A stretch of DNA of 64,000 nt from Candidatus Binatia bacterium (GCA_965231765.1 OZ246887.1:5203823-5267822); one strand, 5' to 3'; numbered from the stretch's first letter, positions 9,941-20,150 are shown. Notes: generated from the sequence alone by a model not told the origin. Made by a program: numbers and translations.

Positions 9941-11035
9941 TCAGTGTACATCTTGTTGTAAATCTTGAGCAGCTGGATAGCCAGGAATGCCGGCCGCTGC
10001 CCGAGCCGCCCGGACAATCGCTTCAGCCATGACCTCGGCGGCCAGTGCGCCAATTCGCAATACTGAGCTCTGAGCCTCATGTGTACCAGTCGCGACAGCA
10101 AAAACCGTGTCACCGTCATACGGAGTATGTACCGGCGAAATGGCTCTGGCTAAGCCATCGTGAGCCATTTGGGCGACTTTTGTTGCCTGCACCTTGCTGA
10201 GCGGAACATTTGTTGCCACAACGCCGATCGTTGTATTTGCTCCTGTTTGACTCTGGGGTGGAGAGGCAGCCCGGAGCAGCTTCCGACTGTCCGCGAGTCC
10301 TTTGCCATCCGCTGTCCGAACTCCGGCGACAATCTGACCATCCATTGGATCAATGACATCTCCAACCGCGTTGACTGCAACTAAGGCGGCGATGATGACA
10401 CCATTCGGCAAGGTGATGGACGCCGTACCAATGCCAGATTTCATCGCTCTGGCTGCGCCTTTGAGTTTCCCGACTGTTGCTCCAGCTCCGGCACCGACGT
10501 TGCCTTCTTGAATGGGGCCGCTATGTGCGTGGCTGGCGGCTTGATACCCACAGTCTGCGGTCGGTCGAATGGTGTGATCACCAATGCCCAAATCGTATAA
10601 AATAGCGGCTGGAACAATCGGCACCTTAGTGGCTGGGGTCTCAAACCCAATCTCACGTTCCTCCAGGTATTGCATGACCCCGGTTGCCGTCGCCAGCCCA
10701 AACGCACTGCCTCCTGACAAGACAATCGCTTGGACTTTCTCGACCCGACCCAGGGGGTGTAAGAGCGCCGTCTCTCTGGTCCCAGGAGACGATCCACGCA
10801 CATCGACACCAGCAACTGCACCTGCTTCAAGCAGAACAACCGTACAGCCTGTTGGTCGTTCGGTCAGCGTATGCTGACCGACCTTGATCCCCTGTATTGC
10901 CGTCAGACCAGTCGTGGCAGACGTAGGGCTGAGTGACGGAGGTGGGGAAACGTCCGCAGGAGCAGCCATAACCGTGTCGCTAGGCCTCCAGCTCAAAATC
11001 AAGAAAAGAATAAGAATAATCACGACTCTCCTCAC
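9941..11035 (-). CDS. P1-family (S58, DmpA/OAT-type) L-aminopeptidase, secreted
   Basis: N-terminal signal peptide. GIKVGQHTLTERPTGCTVVLLE...AGVDVRGSSPGTRETALL matches DmpA/peptidase S58. Confidence 0.8.
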   Translation of the reverse strand: MRRVVIILILFLILSWRPSDTVMAAPADVSPPPSLSPTSATTGLTAIQGIKVGQHTLTERPTGCTVVLLEAGAVAGVDVRGSSPGTRETALLHPLGRVEKVQAIVLSGGSAFGLATATGVMQYLEEREIGFETPATKVPIVPAAILYDLGIGDHTIRPTADCGYQAASHAHSGPIQEGNVGAGAGATVGKLKGAARAMKSGIGTASITLPNGVIIAALVAVNAVGDVIDPMDGQIVAGVRTADGKGLADSRKLLRAASPPQSQTGANTTIGVVATNVPLSKVQATKVAQMAHDGLARAISPVHTPYDGDTVFAVATGTHEAQSSVLRIGALAAEVMAEAIVRAARAAAGIPGYPAAQDLQQDVH

Positions 11036-11069
11036 TTAGAGAAGTCAGGTGCGCGGAGTTGGTCATTCC

Positions 11070-12773
11070 TCAGGTAACGACATTTGCCCGTTCGACTCCG
11101 CACCGTTCGCGCAGTTCTAAGAGACGAACCGTGTCTTGAATCAACGCGGCCAGCATGCTGTCGGGCTGTGCATTGCCAGCCTGGGGATCATAGCGTTCTG
11201 CATAGACGCGGAGTGTCGCAGTCCCTGTCCCCGTACCAGATAGACGACATACAATACGAGAGCCATCGGCCAGCTGGATGCGCAGACCCTGCTGGGCGCT
11301 CACGCTGCCATCGACTGGATCGGTATAACTGAAGTCGTCCGCCTCACATATGGAGCTGCCTGCGAGCGAATTGCCTACCAGTGTTGGGAGTGTCTCCCGA
11401 AGAGCGGCGATAGCTGCGGTGGCAGTTGCAGCGTCAAGTCCTTCAAAGTCATGGCGTTGATAATAGCTGCGGCCAAAACGTTGCCAGTGCTCGTGCACGA
11501 GGTGAGACACCGACTTGCCTGTTGTGGCCAGGATAGATAGCCAGCACAGGACTGCCCATAGACCGTCTTTTTCACGGATATGGTTCGAACCGGTGCCAAA
11601 GCTTTCTTCTCCACACAGCGTGCACAGACCGGCGTCCATCAGATTGCCAAAAAATTTCCAGCCTGTCGGCGTTTCATAGCACGAGATCTGCAACGCCTTG
11701 GCCACCCGGTCTACAGCTGTACTTGTCGGCATAGAGCGCGCAACACCAGCCAGGCCAGCCTGATAGCCGGGAATGCAACTGGCGGCGTGCTCAGCGATAA
11801 TAGCCAGCGAATCGCCGGGGCTGACAAAACACTGGCGGCCGAGGATCAGGTTGCGATCACCATCGCCATCGCACGCCGCTCCAAAATCCGGGACCGTCTC
11901 ATTACGTACGGTCCCATCTGGAGATAAGCGGGCGACTAACTCCGCAGCATGCACTAAATTGGGGTCGGGGTGTAAACCGCCAAAATCTTCAAGCGGGGTT
12001 CCACGGATGACCGTGCCTATGGGGGCTCCGAGACACTCTTCAAAAATATGCTGGGCATACGGCCCGGTGATGCCGTGCATGGCGTCGAACAACATGCGGA
12101 AGCCGTTACGAAAGAGAGATTGCAAAGCATCAAAGTCGAACAGGTCTTGCATCACCGCCGTATAATCGGCCAGCGGATCGAAAACGCAAACATGGGTTGT
12201 GCCGAGGATTGTGCTGATGACTGTTTCGTCCAGGGTGTCGAGGTCTATATCCGGAGTATCGACTGTTGCGTATGAAGACAGGCGCTGAGAGTGAGTATAG
12301 ATTGCCTCAGTCACTCGCTCAGGAGACGGGCCCCCATTACGCATATTATATTTGATGCCGAAGTCTTCATTCGGGCCTCCAGGATTATGGCTGGCGCTCA
12401 GGATCAGGCCGCCCAGGACCTGTTGGCGACGGATCACGGCCGACATGGCTGGAGTGGACAGTAGCCCTCCGCGTCCGACGAGAATGCGTTTGAAGCCGTG
12501 GGCGGCAGCCATGCGGATAATCTGCTGGATGGCTTCGCGGTTGTAGTAGCGCCCATCTCCGCCAACGACGAGAGTTTCTTGCCGGAGGTCAGTCCGTGTG
12601 CTGTGTGCCGAATCTTTCTGGATGGTATTGAAGACCGCCTGGACAAAGTTTTCCAGATAATGCGGCTGCATAAAAACCTGGGTTTTTTTGCGGAGCCCAG
12701 AGGTGCCAGGCCGTTGGTCTGAAAAAGAGGTTGTTGTGACGTATTGGATCGGGATCTGGCTCATTGTACTCAT
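11070..12773 (-). CDS. pgm: phosphoglucomutase (alpha-D-glucose phosphate-specific)
   Basis: Contains SDQRPGTSGLRKK, the active-site loop SASHNPGGPNEDFGIKYN, metal-binding DGDGDRN and GEESFG. Length is 567 aa. Confidence 0.85.
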   Translation of the reverse strand: MSTMSQIPIQYVTTTSFSDQRPGTSGLRKKTQVFMQPHYLENFVQAVFNTIQKDSAHSTRTDLRQETLVVGGDGRYYNREAIQQIIRMAAAHGFKRILVGRGGLLSTPAMSAVIRRQQVLGGLILSASHNPGGPNEDFGIKYNMRNGGPSPERVTEAIYTHSQRLSSYATVDTPDIDLDTLDETVISTILGTTHVCVFDPLADYTAVMQDLFDFDALQSLFRNGFRMLFDAMHGITGPYAQHIFEECLGAPIGTVIRGTPLEDFGGLHPDPNLVHAAELVARLSPDGTVRNETVPDFGAACDGDGDRNLILGRQCFVSPGDSLAIIAEHAASCIPGYQAGLAGVARSMPTSTAVDRVAKALQISCYETPTGWKFFGNLMDAGLCTLCGEESFGTGSNHIREKDGLWAVLCWLSILATTGKSVSHLVHEHWQRFGRSYYQRHDFEGLDAATATAAIAALRETLPTLVGNSLAGSSICEADDFSYTDPVDGSVSAQQGLRIQLADGSRIVCRLSGTGTGTATLRVYAERYDPQAGNAQPDSMLAALIQDTVRLLELRERCGVERANVVT

Positions 12774-12813
12774 GGCTCCACCCTGGCCTAGCCTGGCTTA
12801 GCCTGCTTTACCC

Positions 12814-13605
12814 TTACCCCGGCATCGCTTGATAATATCCATTCGCCTGAACGAGGTGGACTGAGGTGTCAAACAGCATGCTCAAATTGGCATCGGTACA
12901 GATGTCCGATTTTGCACCGTCGGCAACGATCTTGCCTTCTTTTAACAACACGACCCGTGATACCTCAGGCGGAATCTCGTGAATATGGTGGGTGACGAGG
13001 ACGATCGTTTTACCTGCCTGCATAAGGCCACGGATGATGGCGAGGTACTGGAAGCAGGCTTTCACGTCCAAACCGCTCGTCGGCTCGTCCAGCACGAGTG
13101 CATCCGGATCATGGACGAGCGCCCGACCGAGCAGGAAGCGGCGTTGCTCGCCAGTCGATAGGCTTGCATACAATCTCTCTTTGAGTTCAGTAATGCCGAG
13201 CGTGTGCATAATGTCATACGCACGCTCAACATCGGCTTCCCGAAACTCTTGATGGTCCCAGATATTATTGCTGGAGTAATAGCCTGACAAAATAATACTC
13301 AGCCCCCGAACATTGCCCATGTACTGCTGTTGAAGATCCTGGGATACCAGGCCAAAGTGCGCCCGTAGTGCCCACACATTCCAGCGCTCCTGGCCATAGA
13401 TGCGAACAGAGCTGCCGGCGCGCTGGACTGGGTACAACTCGCGTGACAGTAGTTTGAGCAGAGTTGATTTCCCGGCTCCGTTGGGACCCAGGATGGCAGT
13501 ATTACAGCCCTCAGGAATAGCGATGGAGAGATCGCTGAAGACCTCATTTTGTTGGCGGTATACGCTTGCGTTTGTGATTTCAATAATATTTCGGCTGTTG
13601 TCCAT
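12814..13605 (-). CDS. orphan ABC-type ATPase (YlmA/ModF-like), no adjacent permease
   Basis: Walker A GPNGAGKST, signature LSTGEQRRFLLGRAL, Walker B LVLDEPTSGLD and H-loop VLVTHH are present. Confidence 0.7.
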   Translation of the reverse strand: MDNSRNIIEITNASVYRQQNEVFSDLSIAIPEGCNTAILGPNGAGKSTLLKLLSRELYPVQRAGSSVRIYGQERWNVWALRAHFGLVSQDLQQQYMGNVRGLSIILSGYYSSNNIWDHQEFREADVERAYDIMHTLGITELKERLYASLSTGEQRRFLLGRALVHDPDALVLDEPTSGLDVKACFQYLAIIRGLMQAGKTIVLVTHHIHEIPPEVSRVVLLKEGKIVADGAKSDICTDANLSMLFDTSVHLVQANGYYQAMPG

Positions 13606-13814
13606 AGTGACCTGTTTGGGTTTGGAGTCGTGCGGAGTCTTTAGCTCTGAGAAGCACCGCCGTCATATTGCGGAGGGGAAGTGCCAGCTGTCAACTGCCA
13701 CACCAATACCTGTCGTTTCAGGTGTGCGGAAATGCTATGTGTGACACAACACAGGTCATGCTGTAGTAAGCTGATAGCTGCCTCACTGAGGCAGGAATGT
13801 ATAAGGAGAAAAAT

Positions 13815-14702
13815 ATGCCAGCACGGATCCCGCAGATTTTGACCGACGGTCTTCGATTTCCCGAAGGGCCAGTCTGGGCGCCGGACGGAGCGCTGTATGT
13901 GACTGAGATTGAAGGCGGCTGTATTACCGCCATCGCACCAGATGGCTCCAAACGACTATTCGCTGATACCGGCGGCTCGCCAAATGGCGCTGCGCTTGGT
14001 CCTGACGGGTATCTGTACGTGACGAATAACGGTGGCCGAGGACCTGGTTGCATTCAGCGTATTGACCAGCACGGGACGGTCGAGACGCTGTATGATAAAT
14101 GGAACGGCCAGGCCTTCCAGAGTCCCAACGATCTGGTCATGGATGCCCATGGCGGTTTCTATTTTACCGACCCCGGTATGGTGAACCGTGAAGGCATTAA
14201 ATTCGGCCACCTGTATTACGCGCTTCGGGACGGCAGTCAGGTCACGCGCCTGCAATATTATTTGTACTTGCCAAACGGAATTGCGCTGACCCCTGATGGT
14301 GCCAGGCTGATTGTCTTGGAGTCGATCACTGGTCGTATCTGGTCGATTCCAATTGAAAGCCCTGGGGTCCTGGCCCAGGTCGATGCGGGTGCCCGCTCTG
14401 GCTCTCCACGCGCATGGCCAGTGTCTGCTTTACTGACGACTGTCCCGCAGCCTTCAGCCCCGGATGGGATGTGCTGTGATGCTGCCGGTAATCTGCTGAT
14501 TTGTGCCCATAATGCTGGTGTCGTGTCAGTCCATGCACCAGATGGAACGCCACTTGCCCCGATCGAGGTTGAGGACAAAAGACTGACAAACTGTTGCTTT
14601 GGCGGGGATGACTTTCAGACTTTGTATATCACCGAGTCCGGTCTGGGACGGGTGGTGACGGTACGCTGGGAACGGCCCGGGTTGCGGTTGAATGATTCCT
14701 AA
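13815..14702 (+). CDS. SMP-30/gluconolactonase/LRE-family hydrolase
   Basis: Repeated beta-propeller motifs PEGPVWAPDGALYVTE, PNGAALGPDGYLYVTNNGG and PNGIALTPDG. ATG 13815 is preceded by AAGGAGA. Confidence 0.75.
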   Translation: MPARIPQILTDGLRFPEGPVWAPDGALYVTEIEGGCITAIAPDGSKRLFADTGGSPNGAALGPDGYLYVTNNGGRGPGCIQRIDQHGTVETLYDKWNGQAFQSPNDLVMDAHGGFYFTDPGMVNREGIKFGHLYYALRDGSQVTRLQYYLYLPNGIALTPDGARLIVLESITGRIWSIPIESPGVLAQVDAGARSGSPRAWPVSALLTTVPQPSAPDGMCCDAAGNLLICAHNAGVVSVHAPDGTPLAPIEVEDKRLTNCCFGGDDFQTLYITESGLGRVVTVRWERPGLRLNDS

Positions 14703-14783
14703 AAAGTAGAGGGGGTGGATGCGCTGCGCTGATCCACCCTCCATCCTCTTGGAGAGCCAGCCGCTGGGCTGATCAGAAATAGT

Positions 14784-16010
14784 TTATTCCAACACTTCGT
14801 CAAGCACTAATTGTGTCACTTGCTCTTCGCTATAGCCCAGGATTTTTTCGAGCACGTACTGGTTTTCACGACCCAGGGTTGGCGCACACCCACCGACTTG
14901 GGCTGGCGTGCGGGAGAGTTTAAAGCGTGAGCCTTCCACCGTTGTTTTGCCGTGTTTGGGATGTTCGAGGTCAACAAAGTGTTCACGATGAAGCAGCTGG
15001 GGGTCTTCGGACAGCTGGTGCATGGTGCGGACTGCACTGGCTGGAACTTTATGTTTCTGGAATGTCGTCTCTGCCACAAATACGTCTTGCTGACTTGTCC
15101 AAGCAGAGATGGCAGCGGCGAGCTCATCTTGATGTGCTCGCCGCCCCTCCGTTGTGGCGAACTGTTCATCGCGGGCTAACTCCGGACGTTCGATGACGTG
15201 GCACAGGGCTTGCCACTGCTCCTCATTTTGCACCGCAACCGCAATCCACACATCACTACCCGCTGCCGGATAGACTCCATGCGGAGCATAGTTTTGGTCT
15301 TGGTTACCTATCCGACTCTGGACAGTACCATTAGCAGTATAGTCAAGCAGGGCAGGGCCCATAAAGTGGAGTGATGCTTCAGCCTGTGCCAGATCAATGT
15401 GCTGGCCTGTGCCGGTGCGGCGTTTGTGTTCAAGCGCGGTCAAGATAGAAGCCGCATTATACCAGGGTGCAATATAATCCGTATACGCGCCAAACGGACC
15501 GGCCGGCGGCCGGTCAGGCCAGCCGGTGGGATCAAAAAATCCAGAAACCGCAGCAGCCAGATTGCCAAAACCGGCAAACTTGGCCAGCGGTCCCGTCTGT
15601 CCCATGAGACAGGTGCTGAGCATAATGATGTCCGGCTTGACTTTGCACAGCGATTCATAATCGAGTCCCCAGGCAGTCATGGCACGCGGGGAAAAGGACT
15701 CTGTCACCACATCTGCCCAACGGACCAGATCTAAAATCACCTCTTTGGCAGGGGCTTTGGACATATTTAGCGTCATCGGCAGCTTGCCAGTGTTCATATT
15801 GTAAAACAGACCAGAGCCCTCAGGGCTAGGTTGCCCATCGTGGAAAGGGCCGACCATGCGCACCGCGTCGAAATGGGTTGTTGATTCAACCCGGACAATT
15901 GTCGCTCCGTAATCAGCCAGAATGCGGGTTGAACCCGGGCCGGCCATGGCCCACATGAAATCGAGAATCTTCACATCTGCCAATGGTTTTCCGTTGTCCA
16001 CGCTATCCAT
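14784..16010 (-). CDS. family III CoA-transferase (CaiB/BaiF family)
   Basis: The N-terminus LADVKILDFMWAMAGPGSTRILADYGATIVRVE and the overall length are typical of the family. Confidence 0.8.
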   Translation of the reverse strand: MDSVDNGKPLADVKILDFMWAMAGPGSTRILADYGATIVRVESTTHFDAVRMVGPFHDGQPSPEGSGLFYNMNTGKLPMTLNMSKAPAKEVILDLVRWADVVTESFSPRAMTAWGLDYESLCKVKPDIIMLSTCLMGQTGPLAKFAGFGNLAAAVSGFFDPTGWPDRPPAGPFGAYTDYIAPWYNAASILTALEHKRRTGTGQHIDLAQAEASLHFMGPALLDYTANGTVQSRIGNQDQNYAPHGVYPAAGSDVWIAVAVQNEEQWQALCHVIERPELARDEQFATTEGRRAHQDELAAAISAWTSQQDVFVAETTFQKHKVPASAVRTMHQLSEDPQLLHREHFVDLEHPKHGKTTVEGSRFKLSRTPAQVGGCAPTLGRENQYVLEKILGYSEEQVTQLVLDEVLE

Positions 16011-17251
16011 TAGATGACCCCTTTCGCCTGGAGTTCGCTCAGTTGGGCTCGGCTTAAGCCGAGCTCGCCACTATACACTTCCTGGTTGTGTTCACCAACG
16101 GTTGGCGGACGACGACGATAAGTGATCGGCGCTGCACTAAACTTGGCAAATGGTCCGGGGTAGCGTACGGCTTGGCCCAGCTCGCCATGATCTACTGTCG
16201 TCCAGTAGTCACGCGAGGCAAGTTGCTCACTCTTCACGACCTCGTCTAGCGTCGTGACGGGAGCCACCAATAAACCACGATCGAGCGCACCCTGGAGCAA
16301 TTCCGCTTTGGTTTTGGTTTTGGTGAAATCTTCTACAATGCATGTCAAGCGTTTATAGTCTTCGATGGCTTCTGGGCCGCTGAACAGATAGCCACCGTAG
16401 GCCACCCAGTCCGTCTGATGGGTTTGTTCATCACACAAACCTTCTTCGAATATCCAGTCCATGAGCCGTTTAGTGAAATGGGCAAAGGCAGAGCCAAAAA
16501 GATAGGTAATGGCAACAAAGCCGTCTTTTGCCGGCCAGACCAAACGAATCGGCAAGGCGCCGATTTTCATCCCGCCTGACATGCGGGCAATATCCGAGTC
16601 GCTCAGCGGACCAGCCAAAATACTCGATTGGGTTGCCTGCGTAACAGCCTGTTGGGCTGAGATGTCAATATACTGGCCCTTCCCCGAGCGATGTCGCTCG
16701 TGTGAGGCAATTAAGGCCGCCACAGCGGCAGCGGCACTGGCGTGTAAATAGGCTTGGGGGACGCTGGTTCGCACTGGCGGGCGGTCATCGTCTCCCGTCA
16801 GCACCAGCGGCCCTCCAGAGGCGAGAATGACAAGATCACTGTCTGCATAGCTTGCCTTTGGACCATCCTGACCAAAGGGGCTAATCGAGACATACACCAA
16901 GCCAGGGTTCGCGGCTGCTAAGGCCTCATACCCCAAACCCAGGTCGGAAAACGTACCAGGCATATCCGATTCAATGAAGAAGTGGGCACTTTTGGCCAAG
17001 CGTAGTAGCAGCTCCTTGCCTTCACTTGTGGTCACATCTAGCGTAATGCCGCGTTTGTTGCGGTTATACGCCCACCAAAAGAGGGAGCCTTCTGTGTCAG
17101 GTGTGTGCTGAAAGAAAGGTGCCAGCTTGCGTGCCGGAGAGCCTCCTGGTGGCTCGATTTTTATGACATCTGCACCTAGGTCGCCCAAAATCTGACCACT
17201 TAACAGTCCGCGTTCAGTCGTCAGATCAAGGACCCGGTAGTGATCTAACAT
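16010..17251 (-). CDS. family III CoA-transferase (CaiB/BaiF family), second tandem paralog
   Basis: The N-terminus reads YRVLDLTTERGLLSGQILGDLGADVIKIEPPGG. Its stop overlaps the start of the downstream paralog. Confidence 0.8.
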   Translation of the reverse strand: MLDHYRVLDLTTERGLLSGQILGDLGADVIKIEPPGGSPARKLAPFFQHTPDTEGSLFWWAYNRNKRGITLDVTTSEGKELLLRLAKSAHFFIESDMPGTFSDLGLGYEALAAANPGLVYVSISPFGQDGPKASYADSDLVILASGGPLVLTGDDDRPPVRTSVPQAYLHASAAAAVAALIASHERHRSGKGQYIDISAQQAVTQATQSSILAGPLSDSDIARMSGGMKIGALPIRLVWPAKDGFVAITYLFGSAFAHFTKRLMDWIFEEGLCDEQTHQTDWVAYGGYLFSGPEAIEDYKRLTCIVEDFTKTKTKAELLQGALDRGLLVAPVTTLDEVVKSEQLASRDYWTTVDHGELGQAVRYPGPFAKFSAAPITYRRRPPTVGEHNQEVYSGELGLSRAQLSELQAKGVI

Positions 17252-17433
17252 AGCGGCCCTCCTCCTGATTGTGTGTTTTATAACAACCTATAAGGTGGCT
17301 TCTGTATAGCCTGCCAGCTGACAACTGGAAATCCCCTGTCTTGAGGATATGGCACGAAGACGCTGAATAGCGTAGAGGGAGAAACCAGAACAGTCGGATA
17401 GACGCAAATAGACGAGAGACGAAAGATATTAAG

Positions 17434-17607
17434 ATGTATTGTCCGCATTGTCGTACAAAGATGCAGGTTCAGGCCCACCGGCCGCATAAACACGAAAAAT
17501 GGTACTGTCCTCAGTGTGGGACTGTCCGTATGAAACCGGCCATCTATCAGCGCAACTCTCGCAAGTCTCGGAAAGCCGGCAGACCAGGCAATTGGCAGTA
17601 TGAATAG
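17434..17607 (+). CDS. small (57 aa) zinc-ribbon protein (CxxC-x17-CxxC), basic C-terminal tail
   Basis: ATG 17434 opens MYCPHCRTKMQVQAHRPHKHEKWYCPQCGTVRMKPAIYQRNSRKSRKAGRPGNWQYE*. It sits in an otherwise gene-free gap and is below the 60-aa ORF-track cutoff. Confidence 0.4.
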   Translation: MYCPHCRTKMQVQAHRPHKHEKWYCPQCGTVRMKPAIYQRNSRKSRKAGRPGNWQYE

Positions 17608-17753
17608 CCAGAAAGAGACAGAAAGAGCTGGGGAGAGAGGGATTCGAATGGAGGTCCATACGTACGCAGTGCTCTTGTTTGCTCTCGGCTGGTCGGGGTG
17701 GAGCAGAAGAGGGATAGGTATTGGGGGCGCTTCGTGTTCTGTGCGTATTTCTA

Positions 17754-18218
17754 TTACCGAGCCTCAGTCTGTGCTGCCTGTTTTTGAGACGCGACATACG
17801 CTGCCATTAAGCCTGGGATATCCACCGGAGACTCCGTGTCACGGATTTTACCACCGGGTCCAAGAATGCGGTCTGAACCACCCAAGGACAAAACCATATA
17901 TAAACCGCCTAATAAACCCCGTGTTTTGATTGAGGCGATAGCATCTTCCTGGATTTCTATGCCGTCGTGGACACTCAATGTCACCCGTGCCCGATCGTTG
18001 ATGCGTTGAATGAAATCCACCCGACCGACCTCGACCCCAGCAATCTCGACCACTGAGCCTGGTTCTAGTCCGCTTGCGTTTATGAAATCCGCTTGCAGGG
18101 TGTACTGCTGGCCCCACTGAAGATGTGTTTCGCCTAACACGCTGAACAGGTAGGCGAACGCCAGCCCGCCCAAGAGCAAGAAGCCAACCACACTGGCACT
18201 GATTCTGAATGTCTGCAT
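17754..18218 (-). CDS. MlaD/Mce-domain protein
   Basis: An N-terminal TM helix is followed by the Mce core QYTLQADFINASGLEPGSVVEIAGVEVGRVDFI. The start is taken at internal Met MQTFRISAS; the upstream part of the ORF has no domain support. Confidence 0.55.
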   Translation of the reverse strand: MQTFRISASVVGFLLLGGLAFAYLFSVLGETHLQWGQQYTLQADFINASGLEPGSVVEIAGVEVGRVDFIQRINDRARVTLSVHDGIEIQEDAIASIKTRGLLGGLYMVLSLGGSDRILGPGGKIRDTESPVDIPGLMAAYVASQKQAAQTEAR

Positions 18219-18574
18219 GCAGGCCAAGTCTAGCAGGCAGGCGAAATAAGGCCAATACGGCAAATGACGAATTATGAACGCTGAATGATGAATAGGGAAA
18301 TAAAAAAGGCTAGAGAACGGTTTGGCTGTTCTCAAGTTCCCTCTCCCGCAGGGTGAGGGTGGTACACAGCTTATGAGATCCGAAAACCACCCTAGGGGAG
18401 CGGATCTTCAGTCTGTGCAGGATGTGGATTGTGGGTCATGATGATATTGGCTTGGCTCTCTACAGTCGCGGTTCCACACTCTGCATTGTGTAAAGCAACT
18501 GATACGGAGCGTCACACAGTGACTTGCGCCGGATCGGGTTTCTTCATACAACCACGGAAGGAGGGGAACGACAG

Positions 18575-19504
18575 ATGGAGGGAAGACTGGGAGCCGGAAG
18601 CCGAAGATTTCTGGCGCGTCTGATCGCCTGTCTGGCTTGCGGTGCTGGGCTAAGCGGCCTGATACCGTACGCTTGTGCCGAAGAAGATCCGACTGCGACA
18701 GATCCCATAGCACGTGGCCAGTATGTGTTTGCCTTAGCCGGTGGCTGTGGCTGCCATACCGCGGCTGATGGCCAGGTGAATGCTGGGGGCCGGCCGCTCA
18801 GCACCCCGTATGGCACGTTTTATGGTACAAATATTACGCCTGACTCGACGCATGGCATAGGCAGCTGGACAGATCGTCAGATCATTGACGCGATTCGCTT
18901 GGGCGTCCGACCTGATGGCTCAGTGATGAGTCCGGTGATGCCATATCCTGCCTTGAGCGGGATGAGTGATGAAGATGTGGCGGCGTTGGTCGTCTATCTG
19001 CGCAGTTTACCAGCTGTTGCGCAGGAAAATCAGCCGCATCGTCTTTCGCTGCCATTTGCCAGTATGGCGATGAAAGTGTGGTACTGGCTGTTCTTTGAGC
19101 CTGTTGAGGCTCCCGCTCGTGCACCACAACAGGGGCTGGCGCGAGGGGCATATATCAGTGAGCATGTCGCCCACTGCCAGGAGTGTCATACGCCGCGTAC
19201 ACTCGTTGGAACGCTGGACCGGTCTCGGTATTTGGCTGGTAACCCAGACGGCATTGATGGGGAGATCGCGCCGAATATTACGCCTGATCCCAAGACCGGT
19301 ATTGGCGAGTGGAGTGAAGGTGAAATGATTACCCTGGTACGGACTGGATTTCTGCCGAATTTTGACAATGTACAAGGGCTTATGGCGCTCGTGATTGAAG
19401 GGATCCCGGAAGGAGGGTACAAAGATATGAGTGACGCAGACGTCCAGGCGGTTGCGCAGTATTTCAGAAGTGTACCGGCTGTGGAACAGAAGATTGGACG
19501 TTAA
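18575..19504 (+). CDS. diheme c-type cytochrome, Tat/Sec-exported
   Basis: Two CxxCH motifs (CGCHT and CQECHT), each in a ~110-aa c-type domain. The N-terminus has a twin-arginine-like SRRFLARL plus a hydrophobic stretch. A GGAAGGAGGGG RBS precedes ATG 18575. Confidence 0.75.
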   Translation: MEGRLGAGSRRFLARLIACLACGAGLSGLIPYACAEEDPTATDPIARGQYVFALAGGCGCHTAADGQVNAGGRPLSTPYGTFYGTNITPDSTHGIGSWTDRQIIDAIRLGVRPDGSVMSPVMPYPALSGMSDEDVAALVVYLRSLPAVAQENQPHRLSLPFASMAMKVWYWLFFEPVEAPARAPQQGLARGAYISEHVAHCQECHTPRTLVGTLDRSRYLAGNPDGIDGEIAPNITPDPKTGIGEWSEGEMITLVRTGFLPNFDNVQGLMALVIEGIPEGGYKDMSDADVQAVAQYFRSVPAVEQKIGR

Positions 19505-19634
19505 GACGTTAAGCTGTTGAGGAAACGAGAGAGGCAGCCGAGCCAACCGTCTCGTAACTTGGTGACTCGAAACGTGTTTTAAGCATGGGCTGTAATAGAA
19601 TCACATTGGAAAAGTCGGCATAGGAGGGAAGAGA

Positions 19635-20111
19635 ATGAAGTGGATGATTTTTGCACTCGTGGCGGTGGCAGTTGCTTTTGGTGCCGAGTGGAGTGGCGCG
19701 GACGGAGAGGAGCATAGTCATAGTGTGTCCAACCCGGATGACCCAATTGCCGTCCGGATGTATCTGATGGAGAATGTTGGCGCGAATGCCAAAGCGCTCA
19801 AAGGTAAGCTTGATGCGGGAAAGATCAAAGATGCTGCGCTGAATGCTCAGGCGATCGCTTTGCATGCGACCCAGATTCCAGTTTTATTCCCTGAAGGCAG
19901 CACATCCGAGACCTCGCGTGCCTTGCCTGAGATCTGGCAGAAATGGGACGATTTTGTGCAAAGCTCACATGCTTTACGCGATACCGCACAGGCGCTTGGA
20001 CATGCCGCTGCTGAGGACAAAGCGGACGAAGCTAAGGCCAAGCTCGGAGAGGTTTTTGGCACCTGCAAAGGCTGTCATGATAGCTTTCGCAAACCGGAAG
20101 AGAAGTCTTAG
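19635..20111 (+). CDS. cytochrome c' / class II (four-helix-bundle) c-type cytochrome
   Basis: Signal peptide, predominantly helical sequence, and a single C-terminal CKGCH heme-binding motif, as in cytochromes c'/c556. Confidence 0.65.
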   Translation: MKWMIFALVAVAVAFGAEWSGADGEEHSHSVSNPDDPIAVRMYLMENVGANAKALKGKLDAGKIKDAALNAQAIALHATQIPVLFPEGSTSETSRALPEIWQKWDDFVQSSHALRDTAQALGHAAAEDKADEAKAKLGEVFGTCKGCHDSFRKPEEKS

Positions 20112-20128
20112 ATATGGGTTCGATACAG

Positions 20129-20150
20129 TCAGTGGGAACGCTTCTCACTG
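20129..20150 (+). terminator. possible stem-loop downstream of the cytochrome c' gene (no U-tract)
   Basis: CAGTGGGAA-cgc-TTCTCACTG is an imperfect 9-bp stem lying 18 nt after the stop. It is not followed by a T-run. Confidence 0.2.

Noticed and set aside
17429-17929. ORFs 17429..17797 (-) and 17600..17929 (+)
   Set aside because: They have no recognisable features and overlap the Zn-ribbon mini-gene and the MlaD gene tail. They are likely GC-driven open frames.
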